Shown here piece by piece: positions 39,624 to 48,416 of a stretch of DNA of 64,000 nucleotides (its first letter is position 1; each line of letters starts with the position of its first letter). Position numbers and translations under genes: made by a program. Source of the stretch: Methylococcales bacterium (GTDB lineage: Bacteria; Pseudomonadota; Gammaproteobacteria; Methylococcales; Methylomonadaceae). Where the stretch lies: assembly GCA_003584895.1 (NCBI GenBank), contig QVQF01000152.1, forward strand, positions 2,140 through 66,139, in the 5' to 3' direction. Under the pieces are notes generated by a model. That model was given only the letters and a program-made list of their open reading frames with translations. It had not been told where the DNA came from and searched no databases.

Positions 39624-40175
39624 TTATTCCTCGTGATGTTCTTTGCAGGCATAAATGCCCGGTGCATTGCGTAAATAACCCTTGTAGTCCATGCCATAGC
39701 CGAATAAATAACGGTTTTCTAGGTTGAGACCTATAAAGTCAGCGAAAATGGCTTTGCTATGTCCTAGTAATTTATTGACTAACACCGCGCTATAGATAGA
39801 CGCTGCGCCATGTGCTAGACAATGTTCATAGATGGCTGCAAGAGTGATGCCTTCATCCAATATGTCATCAACAATCAGTATGGTTCTGCCTTTAATCGAT
39901 GTTCGTGGGGTATTGACCCATTCAATAGCGCCACCGCTAGTTTGGTTATGATATCGGCTAGCGTTAATGCTATCTAAAGTGAGTGCTATGGTGAGTTGGG
40001 GTAATAACTGGCCTGTAAAGACCAAGCCGCCATTCATTACACAGAGCACTAAAAGATTGCGATCAGCGAGTACGCTATTAATTTTCTCAGCAATTTGTGT
40101 GATAGCAACAGCTATTTGTTGTTCGTTAACTAATAAGTCGGCATCTGCTAGTATGGCGTTAATTTCTTTAAGCAT
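39624..40175 (-). CDS. hpt: Hypoxanthine/guanine phosphoribosyltransferase
   Basis: 183 aa. PRPP-binding loop ILIVDDILDEGITL. Confidence 0.8.
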   Translation of the reverse strand: MLKEINAILADADLLVNEQQIAVAITQIAEKINSVLADRNLLVLCVMNGGLVFTGQLLPQLTIALTLDSINASRYHNQTSGGAIEWVNTPRTSIKGRTILIVDDILDEGITLAAIYEHCLAHGAASIYSAVLVNKLLGHSKAIFADFIGLNLENRYLFGYGMDYKGYLRNAPGIYACKEHHEE

Positions 40176-41187
40176 GGCGATCTAAATGTTGCTTAATCAG
40201 TGTCGTGGTTTCTTGCCATAGACTAGAACTCATGAGTGCTGCTCTATCAAGTATTTTGTGACCTTGCATGCGCATCAGGCGCTGGGTTCTGAGTGTATCA
40301 TTAGTAATAGGTAATGCTTCAAGTACTTGTTCAGCCGCTAGTGGATTATTACAGACTAATAACATATCGCAACCTGCTTGTTGGGCGCGTCTGGCGCGTT
40401 CAGGGAAGTTTCCTGCAAAAGCTGCTCCGACCATACTTAAATCATCACTAAAGACCACGCCATTAAATTTCAATTCCTGTCTTAATATTGTTTGTATCCA
40501 AAAGGCCGAAAAACCGGCTGGATTAGGGTCAATATTAGGATAAAGCACATGGGCTGGCATGACGGCTTCTAAGCCTTCGTTAATTAACTGTTGAAACGGT
40601 AATAAATCTTTGTTGCGAAGGCTGTCTAAGTCACGCTCATCAATAGGGAGTGTTAGATGTGAATCTAAGGCGATGGCACCATGTCCAGGAAAATGTTTGC
40701 CAGTGGCGGCCATGCCAGCAGATTTCATGCCCTTTCTAAAAGAACTAGAAAGTTGAGTGGCTAAAGTGGCTTCGGTTGCGAAAGAACGATCACCTATAAT
40801 TTGACTAACGCCGCAATCAATGTCCAAAACAGGTGCAAAGCTAAAGTCTACCCCGACGGCTAATAATTCAGCGGCCATTAACCAGCCAGCTGGCTCTGCT
40901 AATTCAGGAGCATGTGCGTAACTGGCCGCTGGAGGTAAACGCGTAAAACCGTTTTGAAATCGCTGCACTCTACCGCCTTCTTGATCAACCGCAATAAGCA
41001 GTGGGCCTGGTCTTGCTGAACGAATACTGTCAATAAGCTCAGTCACTTGCAGAGGGTCTTGGTAGTTGCGTGCAAATAGAATCACCGCACCAGTGTTAGG
41101 GTGCTTTAGCTTGTCATGTTCATGTGGCGCCAAAGTTAAACCCTCTATGTCCAGCATGACAGGGCCTATGATAGATTGATGGATCAT
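40168..41187 (-). CDS. nagZ: Beta-N-acetylhexosaminidase (peptidoglycan recycling)
   Basis: 339 aa GH3 protein. VDQEGGRVQRF, GKHFPGHG and VFSDDLSM. Confidence 0.9.
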   Translation of the reverse strand: MIHQSIIGPVMLDIEGLTLAPHEHDKLKHPNTGAVILFARNYQDPLQVTELIDSIRSARPGPLLIAVDQEGGRVQRFQNGFTRLPPAASYAHAPELAEPAGWLMAAELLAVGVDFSFAPVLDIDCGVSQIIGDRSFATEATLATQLSSSFRKGMKSAGMAATGKHFPGHGAIALDSHLTLPIDERDLDSLRNKDLLPFQQLINEGLEAVMPAHVLYPNIDPNPAGFSAFWIQTILRQELKFNGVVFSDDLSMVGAAFAGNFPERARRAQQAGCDMLLVCNNPLAAEQVLEALPITNDTLRTQRLMRMQGHKILDRAALMSSSLWQETTTLIKQHLDRHA

Positions 41188-41749
41188 GGTTATTTAGCGT
41201 AAGTAGTCTGTTGAATTAAGAATTAAAGTAGGTGCTAAATGTATTGCAGTGTAGCGTTCCATTTACTTATGAGCATAGATATTACTTGAAATTGAATAGA
41301 GCTGTGTTTATTTTATTTTTGAGGCGTATTTTGAGTAGTAAATTAATTATACGGTATCTACGAGGCTCTTAAGGAAGTCTTTGAATTGATTAGGATACAC
41401 CTGAGAGACTTAGACAAATCATTGATAGTCATTGGGCCTTGCCTATAGGTTTTTTGCAGTGTGTTAGTGTCTAGGTGGAATGGTCGTAATTCGCAAGCAT
41501 CAGCTAGAAACATGCTGGCATCTGCATTTTGTTAGGGAATAGTCCCTAGAAGCATGTGAAGAGGTAGGTGAAGCTACCAAGTAAACTGGCATTAACTTAG
41601 GAGTCAATATTTTGGTAAATGGCAGTTTATGAGTTAGTTTGTTAGAGAGGTAAGAATAGAAAGCTATCTTAAAGTTGCTGGCTGGGCTTTTTAGAGGAAT
41701 GACAAACTTAAATTATTTTAGCCATAGATTTGAATTATTTGCTTTCGAC

Positions 41750-41763
41750 TTGATTTAGATCAA
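41750..41763. promoter_or_regulatory. Perfect FNR/ANR box TTGAT-N4-ATCAA
   Basis: ttgatttagatcaa. A -10-like aagaat begins ~30 nt downstream of the box centre (class-II spacing). The box lies 107 nt upstream of the small lipoprotein ATG, and an fnr gene is adjacent. Confidence 0.65.
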
Positions 41764-41869
41764 GAGCAAGTCTTTTTAATAATGCAAGAATAGCCCCACC
41801 CAAAAAGGGTTGGACAAAATCGATTAGAACCAAACGATTTTATATTTTATTATCAATGAGGAAAGTCTT

Positions 41870-41989
41870 ATGAAAACAGTTAGCCATTTATTATTGTTAG
41901 TTATCGCCCTCGTCAGCCTTACTGCTTGTGATTCTGGTAAAGGCCCCAGTAAACCAGCTTCTACTCAAACTCAAACTAGCATTAAATAA
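41870..41989 (+). CDS. 39-aa putative lipoprotein (not in the ORF track)
   Basis: MKTVSHLLLLVIALVSLTACDSGKGPSKPASTQTQTSIK*. GAGGA lies 7 nt upstream of the ATG. Lipobox LTAC. It is followed by an 11-bp-stem terminator. Confidence 0.55.
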   Translation: MKTVSHLLLLVIALVSLTACDSGKGPSKPASTQTQTSIK

Positions 41990-42030
41990 TTATTATTTTA
42001 TGCTGTTGAACAGATATTAAGTTCAATGTG

Positions 42031-42060
42031 GATTGGGTTGCATTTTTTAGCAACCCAATC
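42031..42060. terminator. Bidirectional hairpin terminator between the small lipoprotein ORF and fnr
   Basis: gattgggttgc - atttttta - gcaacccaatc. The stem is a perfect 11 bp. Confidence 0.7.
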
Positions 42061-42115
42061 ACGCAATACATTGACTGTCTTCAGTTGCGAACCTTAGTTC
42101 ATCGTTGATCGCTGC

Positions 42116-42835
42116 TTATTTATTGTGGCAGGGCTCTATGATGGCTTGTAATGAAATAAAGTCATTAATTACGACGGCGCGTTGATTAACTGAAATAATT
42201 TTTTCTTTGCATAGCGAGGTTAATTGGCGGCTAATAGTCTCATTACTGAGCCCTAAAAAACTAGCAATAGTCTGTCTAGGCATACTTAAATTAAATTGGG
42301 TGTGCGAATAACCTAATGCCCCGTAACGTTTCGACAACATCAACAAAAAAGTAGCTACTTTTATTTTGGCTGAATTATTACTGAGTAAGAACATTTGCTC
42401 ATGATTAGTTGTAATCTCTTTACTTAATATCCGCGTTAATTGATATTGTAAGTTAGGGATTTTTACACATAACTCATTTAGCCTAGTCAGTGGCAACTCA
42501 CACACAGAGCTGGTCTCTAGTGCATCTACCGAGCAAGTAAAGCGACCATCAAATAAAGCATCTAAGCCTATTAATTCACCAGGCAAATAAAAGCCCAACG
42601 ATTGCTCTATACCTTCTGCATTAATCACAAAGCGTCTAAAAGAGCCAGATTTAACGGCAAATAAACCAAGGCATTGATCATTTTTGGAAAATAACAGTTC
42701 CCCCAAACGTAAAGGTCGTTTGTTTTTAATGATGATCTCTAAGGTTTCTACCTCATCAATTTGCAAACCAAACGGTAGGCATAAGTCAGATAATCTGCAA
42801 GTTAAACATGATGTTTTGGGGGGGCAGGGCGTCAT
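42116..42835 (-). CDS. fnr: FNR/ANR-type oxygen-sensing Crp-family regulator
   Basis: 239 aa. N-terminal Cys cluster C-x5-C-x2-C-x5-C (CPPKTSCLTCRLSDLC) plus a central Cys (ETSSVCELP). The recognition helix ETISRQL matches E. coli FNR ETISRLL. Confidence 0.85.
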   Translation of the reverse strand: MTPCPPKTSCLTCRLSDLCLPFGLQIDEVETLEIIIKNKRPLRLGELLFSKNDQCLGLFAVKSGSFRRFVINAEGIEQSLGFYLPGELIGLDALFDGRFTCSVDALETSSVCELPLTRLNELCVKIPNLQYQLTRILSKEITTNHEQMFLLSNNSAKIKVATFLLMLSKRYGALGYSHTQFNLSMPRQTIASFLGLSNETISRQLTSLCKEKIISVNQRAVVINDFISLQAIIEPCHNK

Positions 42836-43184
42836 CGTTGTTAATCTCTGGACTGTTGTTTTATTTTGCTTACTGCGTCACATAAAATCGTCAATTTATT
42901 AATTGCATTAGGCCTAGTGATTTTATGGTCGTGGGCTAAAAAAGTCATGGGCTAGATTTAGATTAGGCAATAAAGTTGTTAGGTTATTGGTATACAGTCT
43001 AGCAGATAAATATTTTTTGGGTTGTTTCGCTTCTGTATGATTATTAAATATGAAAGATAAGATTGTGTTGGTTACTTTAGGCTTAGAACAAAGGTAAACT
43101 CGCATCTTTACTAAGGTGCTAGCAGCAACTATAGTACCTAAAATAATAAGTTCAGTTTTGTTGCATTTATAGCTAACTAAAGGA

Positions 43185-43193
43185 GGGGGGGGG
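43185..43193 (+). repeat. Homopolymeric G9 tract inside the RBS/spacer of the SPFH gene
   Basis: aaaggaGGGGGGGGGcgtATG. The run ends 3 nt before the start codon at 43197. Confidence 0.9.
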
Positions 43194-43196
43194 CGT

Positions 43197-43970
43197 ATGT
43201 TTTCAGATAATCTAATAGGTATCGTAAGTTTTGTTTTCATAGTGTTAGCATTTATGTCACTGAGGATCGTCAAAGAATACGATCGTGGTGTTATTTTCTT
43301 TCTAGGTAAGCTAACTGGGGTTCGTGGCCCTGGTTTAATTGTATTAATTCCGCTTTTTGAACAAATGACTTCGGTGACTTTGCGCACCATCACCATGAAC
43401 ATTCCCTCACAGAAGATTATTACTAAAGATAATGTCTCTATAGATATTGCGGCTGTCGCTTATTACAAAATTATTGATCCACAGAAGTCAGTGGTTGCTA
43501 TCGAGGACATAACCAGTGCAGTCAACCAAATTAGTCAAACGACAGTGCGCAATGTAGTGGGGCAATTTTCATTAGATCAATTACTGTCTCAAACTAGTGC
43601 TATTAATCTGCAAATTAAGAATGTCATTGATGGACATACTGAACCTTGGGGTGCAGAAGTTACGGCTGTTGAAATTAAAGACATAACTTTACCTGATAAT
43701 ATGCAGCGTGCCATGGCTAAAGAAGCCGAAGCTGAACGTGAGCGTCGTGCCAAGATTGTGGCAGCAGAGGGTGAGTTTCAGGCGGCGGTAAAATTGGGTG
43801 AAGCGGCTGATATTATAGCGTTGCATCCTGTTGCCTTACAACTTCGTACGCTTCAGACGATGGCTGAAATAGCCACCGAGAAAAACTCCACGATTATATT
43901 TCCTGCGCAATTTATGACGACGGTGCAAGAGGCCATTTCTACAATAGGTAAAGATAGTATTAATAAATAA
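43197..43970 (+). CDS. SPFH/band-7 (stomatin-like) membrane protein
   Basis: 257 aa. N-terminal TM, then [17 protein letters not shown]..., an SPFH core, and the coiled-coil [22 protein letters not shown]. Confidence 0.9.
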   Translation: MFSDNLIGIVSFVFIVLAFMSLRIVKEYDRGVIFFLGKLTGVRGPGLIVLIPLFEQMTSVTLRTITMNIPSQKIITKDNVSIDIAAVAYYKIIDPQKSVVAIEDITSAVNQISQTTVRNVVGQFSLDQLLSQTSAINLQIKNVIDGHTEPWGAEVTAVEIKDITLPDNMQRAMAKEAEAERERRAKIVAAEGEFQAAVKLGEAADIIALHPVALQLRTLQTMAEIATEKNSTIIFPAQFMTTVQEAISTIGKDSINK

Positions 43971-44425
43971 TATTATTGTCTAGTAGGAAATAACTTGTTT
44001 CAGCATGTTAGCGCTTATTTTTGCATTCTTTACGGCCTTATAGGTTTGTTTACTTATTTATTGAGGTAAGTGGCTGATCATTAAATTCCTTGCTTATTAA
44101 GTAAGTTAGCACGCTTTGTTTGCCAATGTACAAACGTAATTGTTTGCTGTGTAATACTTAATTTAAGTATTACTGACATTCTAATGGAACTTAGAAAAAC
44201 GATGAAAACCCGTTTTAATTAACGCTAGTTAAGTTGGCAATTACTAAAACGGGTGTATTGACTTGCTTCATTTGTATATACTATGCCACTTTAGGGTGTT
44301 TGCTCTGACCGTTTTGTTACCAAATATTACTCTTGGTAAATCTTTTATACGCGGTCATAGATATTGAATTAACTTCATACAACATTTTTGTAAGCCATGC
44401 ACAACCCGTCCCAACAGGATTACTC

Positions 44426-47104
44426 ATGAACAACAGCTTAATGTCAGAAATTACCGGACAAAATGATATCGATCCGGCAGAAACTAAAGAGTGGATAGAG
44501 GCGCTGCAATCAGTATTAGAACAAGATGGCAGTGAACGCGCACACTTTCTGATTGAGCAGCTGGTTGCAGCAACTCGGCATTCAGGCTTTGATATCCCTT
44601 TTAGTGCCAATACTGCTTACCTTAATACCATCCCTGTTTCTCGTCAGGCTCAATTTCCTGGCGATGCAACGATAGAACAAAAGATTCGTTCTTATGTGCG
44701 CTGGAATGCAATGATGATGGTGTTAAGAGCCAATAAGCACACTAACGTGGGCGGACATATCGCTAGCTTTGCTTCTGCTGCAACACTCTATGATGTGGGT
44801 TATAACCATTTTTGGCATGCCGCTTCTGAACAGCATGCGGGCGATTTGATTTTTACTCAAGGTCATCTTACCCCTGGTGATTATGCTCGTGCTTTTCTGT
44901 TAGGCCGGTTATCGCAAGAACAAATGGATAATTTCCGTCAAGAAGTAGATGGTGGCGGCCTATCTTCTTATCCACACCCCTGGTTGATGCCAGACTTCTG
45001 GCAGTTCCCTACTGTTTCTATGGGGCTAGGGCCCATCATGGCTATTTATCAAGCCCGATTTATGCGTTATTTGCAAGATCGTGGTTTTGCAGACACTTCT
45101 AATCGTAAGGTTTGGAGTTTTCTAGGTGATGGCGAAACCGATGAGCCTGAATCTTTAGGGGCCATAGGTATGGCTGGTCGTGAGAAGCTGGATAATCTTA
45201 TATTTGTTATTAATTGCAACTTGCAGCGACTAGATGGCCCTGTGCGTGGTAATGGGAAAATCATTCAAGAATTAGAAAGTGAATTTCGTGGTGCCGGTTG
45301 GAATGTTATTAAACTAGTTTGGGGGCAACGTTGGGATGCCTTATTTGCACGCGATAAAAATGGTGTTTTGGCTGCACGGATGATGGCTTGTGTTGATGGT
45401 GATTTCCAAACATTTAAAGCTAAAGACGGCGCTTATGTTCGTGAACATTTCTTCAATTCACCTGAATTAAAGGCGATGGTAGCAGATTGGTCGGATCGCG
45501 ACATCTGGGAATTAAATCGCGGTGGACATGATCCCGCTAAAACTTATGCCGCCTTCCATGCTGCCGTTAATCATCAGGGGCAGCCCACGGTTATTTTGGC
45601 AAAAACCATAAAAGGTTATGGTATGGGAGCTTCTGGCGAAGCACAGAATATTTCTCATCAGCAGAAAAAAATGAGTGAAATTTCACTGACGCATTTCAGA
45701 GATCGCTATGAGCTGCCTGTTAGCGATGAAGAAATGCATAAACTTCCTTATTTGACCTTTCCTGAAGGATCTAAAGAGTTAGTTTACATGCAACAACGAC
45801 GTGCTGAATTAGGTGGTCATCTGCCATCCAGAAGGGCTAAGTCGTATGCCTTGGATGTGCCGGTATTAAGCGATTTTAAATCATTGCTAGAAGCAACTCG
45901 TGAAGGACGCGAAATTTCTACTACGATGGCTTTTGTTAACCTACTTAATATTTTGGTTAAAGATAAAAATATCGGTAAACGTATTGTTCCGATAGTGCCT
46001 GATGAATCAAGAACGTTCGGTATGGAAGGTATGTTTAGGCAGTTGGGAATTTGGTCACAAGTCGGCCAATTGTATACACCTCAAGATGCGGATCAACTTA
46101 TGTTCTATAAAGAAGATAAGCATGGTCAAGTGCTGCAAGAGGGTATCAATGAAGCCGGTGGCTTATGTGATTGGATCGCTGCGGGGACGGCTTATTCGAC
46201 TCATAATGTGCCTATGATTCCGTTCTTTATTTATTATTCCATGTTCGGTTTCCAACGCGTTGGAGATTTAATTTGGGCGGCTGCTGATCAACGAACTCGT
46301 GGCTTTTTAATGGGCGGTACCGCCGGCAGAACTACTTTAAATGGTGAAGGTCTGCAACATGAAGATGGTCATAGTCATTTAATGGCCGCTACAGTCCCCA
46401 ATTGTGTCTCTTATGATCCAACTTATTCTTATGAAGTAGCGGTTATCATACAAGACGGTTTACGTCGAATGTATGTTGAGCAAGAAGATATCTTCTATTA
46501 CATTACCGTCATGAATGAAAATTACAGTCATCCTGCTATGCCCAAGGGCATAGAGCTAGATATACTCAAAGGTATGTATAGTTTCCGTGCCGGCGCGAAA
46601 AGTAAAGCGCCAAGAGTTCAGTTATTAGGTTCTGGCACTATCTTTCGTGAAGTTGAGTTTGCAGCTGACTTACTTAAAAATGATTGGGGTGTTGAGGCTG
46701 ATTTATGGAGTTGCCCTAGTTTTACTGAATTGGCTCGTGATGGCCAAACCTGTGAACGTTGGAATCGACTGCATCCAACAGAACCAGCAAAACAATCACA
46801 TGTTGCCAGTTGCTTAGCTAAAGCAGTTGGGCCGGTTATTGCAGCAACTGATTATACACGTGCTTTTGCTGAACAAATTCGTAGTCTGATTACTGCTCCT
46901 TATACGGTATTAGGTACCGATGGTTTTGGGCGTTCAGATACTCGTGAAAACTTAAGGCGCTTTTTTGAAGTGAATCGTTACCATGTCACTATTGCCGCAC
47001 TAAAGAGTCTAGCTGATTTAGGCCAGTTTGATCCTGCTAAAGTAGAGGTCGCTATTGCTAAATATGGCATAGCTCCTGATGCTAAAGCACCTTGGCTCAT
47101 TTAA
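44426..47104 (+). CDS. aceE: Pyruvate dehydrogenase E1 component
   Basis: DIDPAETKEWIEAL matches the E. coli AceE N-terminus. ThDP motif GDGETDEPES...NLQRLDG. The start is set at ATG 44426, preceded by agga; the track's upstream TTG extension was rejected. Confidence 0.95.
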   Translation: MNNSLMSEITGQNDIDPAETKEWIEALQSVLEQDGSERAHFLIEQLVAATRHSGFDIPFSANTAYLNTIPVSRQAQFPGDATIEQKIRSYVRWNAMMMVLRANKHTNVGGHIASFASAATLYDVGYNHFWHAASEQHAGDLIFTQGHLTPGDYARAFLLGRLSQEQMDNFRQEVDGGGLSSYPHPWLMPDFWQFPTVSMGLGPIMAIYQARFMRYLQDRGFADTSNRKVWSFLGDGETDEPESLGAIGMAGREKLDNLIFVINCNLQRLDGPVRGNGKIIQELESEFRGAGWNVIKLVWGQRWDALFARDKNGVLAARMMACVDGDFQTFKAKDGAYVREHFFNSPELKAMVADWSDRDIWELNRGGHDPAKTYAAFHAAVNHQGQPTVILAKTIKGYGMGASGEAQNISHQQKKMSEISLTHFRDRYELPVSDEEMHKLPYLTFPEGSKELVYMQQRRAELGGHLPSRRAKSYALDVPVLSDFKSLLEATREGREISTTMAFVNLLNILVKDKNIGKRIVPIVPDESRTFGMEGMFRQLGIWSQVGQLYTPQDADQLMFYKEDKHGQVLQEGINEAGGLCDWIAAGTAYSTHNVPMIPFFIYYSMFGFQRVGDLIWAAADQRTRGFLMGGTAGRTTLNGEGLQHEDGHSHLMAATVPNCVSYDPTYSYEVAVIIQDGLRRMYVEQEDIFYYITVMNENYSHPAMPKGIELDILKGMYSFRAGAKSKAPRVQLLGSGTIFREVEFAADLLKNDWGVEADLWSCPSFTELARDGQTCERWNRLHPTEPAKQSHVASCLAKAVGPVIAATDYTRAFAEQIRSLITAPYTVLGTDGFGRSDTRENLRRFFEVNRYHVTIAALKSLADLGQFDPAKVEVAIAKYGIAPDAKAPWLI

Positions 47105-47118
47105 CGTAAGGAACAATC

Positions 47119-48402
47119 ATGACGGTTTTAATAGAAATTAAAGTTCCTGATGTTGGTAATGTGGCTGAAATCGATGTGGTTGAAGTCTTGATTCAAGCTG
47201 GTGATGTCGTTGTGCTGGAGCAAACACTGGCTACCTTGGAAACGGATAAGGCGAGTATGGATTTGCCTTCTAGTGTTTCTGGTACTATTCAGCAAGTTTA
47301 TATCAAGCCTGGTGATAAAGTATCTGAAGGTACTTTAATTGCAACCGTACTGGCTAATGCTGATCAAGCGATTGTTACTGAAGCGCCTGAGGCTGTTGTA
47401 GTTAAGGTTGAAGCGCCTGTTGCCGTTAAGTTACCTGAGACTATAAATTTACCTGCTAAATCAGTCACCGAAGTTGCGGTTATGGAAGCAGATACAACTT
47501 TAAGGAAGGCTCATGCCTCACCTTCGGTTCGGTTATTTGCACGTGAACTCGGTGTTGATGTCGCTAAAATTAAAGCAGGTAGTGGCCGTAAAGCAAGAAT
47601 CTTAAAAGAAGATGTAAAGAAATTCGTTAAAAAAGTGATGGCTGAAGGGGTAGTTGCTACGGGTGCGGGTATTCCGAGTATACCAGCTGTTGACTTTACT
47701 CCTTATGGCGAAACCGAAACACTTAAGCTCAGTAAAATTAAACGTCTAACTGGGCAAAACCTGAGTCGTGTCTGGTTAAACTTGCCGATGGTAACTTACC
47801 ATGACGAAGCTGATATTACCGATTTAGAAGCTTTCCGTAATAGCCTTAATGCTGAAAAAGTTAAAGGCGATATAAAAATTACTGGGTTGATGTTCATCAT
47901 TAAGGCATTAGTGGCTGCCATGCAGCAATTTCCTAGTTTTAATGCATCCTTATCTGCAGATGGCGAAAATTTAATTTTAAAAAAATACTTTAATATCGGT
48001 ATTGCTGTTGATACACCTAATGGTTTAGTCGTGCCTGTTTTACGTAATGCCAATACTAAGAGTATTAACGAATTAGCGCTAGAATTAGCTGAAAAAAGTG
48101 AAAAAGCGCGTCTCGGAAAATTAATGCCTGCTGATATGCAAGGTGGCTGTTTAACGATTTCTAGTCTGGGTGGTATTGGTGGTATGGCGTTTACACCTAT
48201 CGTCAATGCGCCTGAAGTTGCCATATTGGGTGTTACTCGAGCCAAGATGCAGCCGGTTTGGAATGGCAAAGAATTTGAACCACGATTAATGCTGCCATTA
48301 GATTTAACTTATGACCATCGTGTCATTGATGGTGCTGAAGGCGCAAAATTTATGGCGCTTTTAAAACAAAATTTAAGTGATATACGCCGTTTGTTACTTT
48401 AA
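47119..48402 (+). CDS. aceF: Dihydrolipoamide acetyltransferase E2 (single lipoyl domain)
   Basis: Lipoyl-Lys motif LETDKASMDLPS, an E3-binding domain (HASPSVRLFARELGVD) and the catalytic DHRVIDGA. Confidence 0.95.
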   Translation: MTVLIEIKVPDVGNVAEIDVVEVLIQAGDVVVLEQTLATLETDKASMDLPSSVSGTIQQVYIKPGDKVSEGTLIATVLANADQAIVTEAPEAVVVKVEAPVAVKLPETINLPAKSVTEVAVMEADTTLRKAHASPSVRLFARELGVDVAKIKAGSGRKARILKEDVKKFVKKVMAEGVVATGAGIPSIPAVDFTPYGETETLKLSKIKRLTGQNLSRVWLNLPMVTYHDEADITDLEAFRNSLNAEKVKGDIKITGLMFIIKALVAAMQQFPSFNASLSADGENLILKKYFNIGIAVDTPNGLVVPVLRNANTKSINELALELAEKSEKARLGKLMPADMQGGCLTISSLGGIGGMAFTPIVNAPEVAILGVTRAKMQPVWNGKEFEPRLMLPLDLTYDHRVIDGAEGAKFMALLKQNLSDIRRLLL

Positions 48403-48416
48403 CTGGAACGATTAAA

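Noticed and set aside
42923-43402. 159-aa minus-strand ORF spanning the fnr-SPFH intergenic region and the 5' end of the SPFH gene
   Set aside because: It overlaps the well-supported SPFH coding start on the opposite strand. Its composition is odd (a PPPP stretch encoded by the complement of the G9 tract, and many K/T/N from AT-rich DNA). It has no recognisable motifs or RBS. I judge it a spurious ORF.
44333-44425. Upstream extensions of several track ORFs: aceE at 44333, pgsA at 17339, tetR at 18074, GT2 at 9378, rnfH at 59022
   Set aside because: The extensions use non-ATG or distant starts, overlap upstream genes or repeats, and add residues absent from the known family N-termini. Internal ATG starts with better context were chosen instead.
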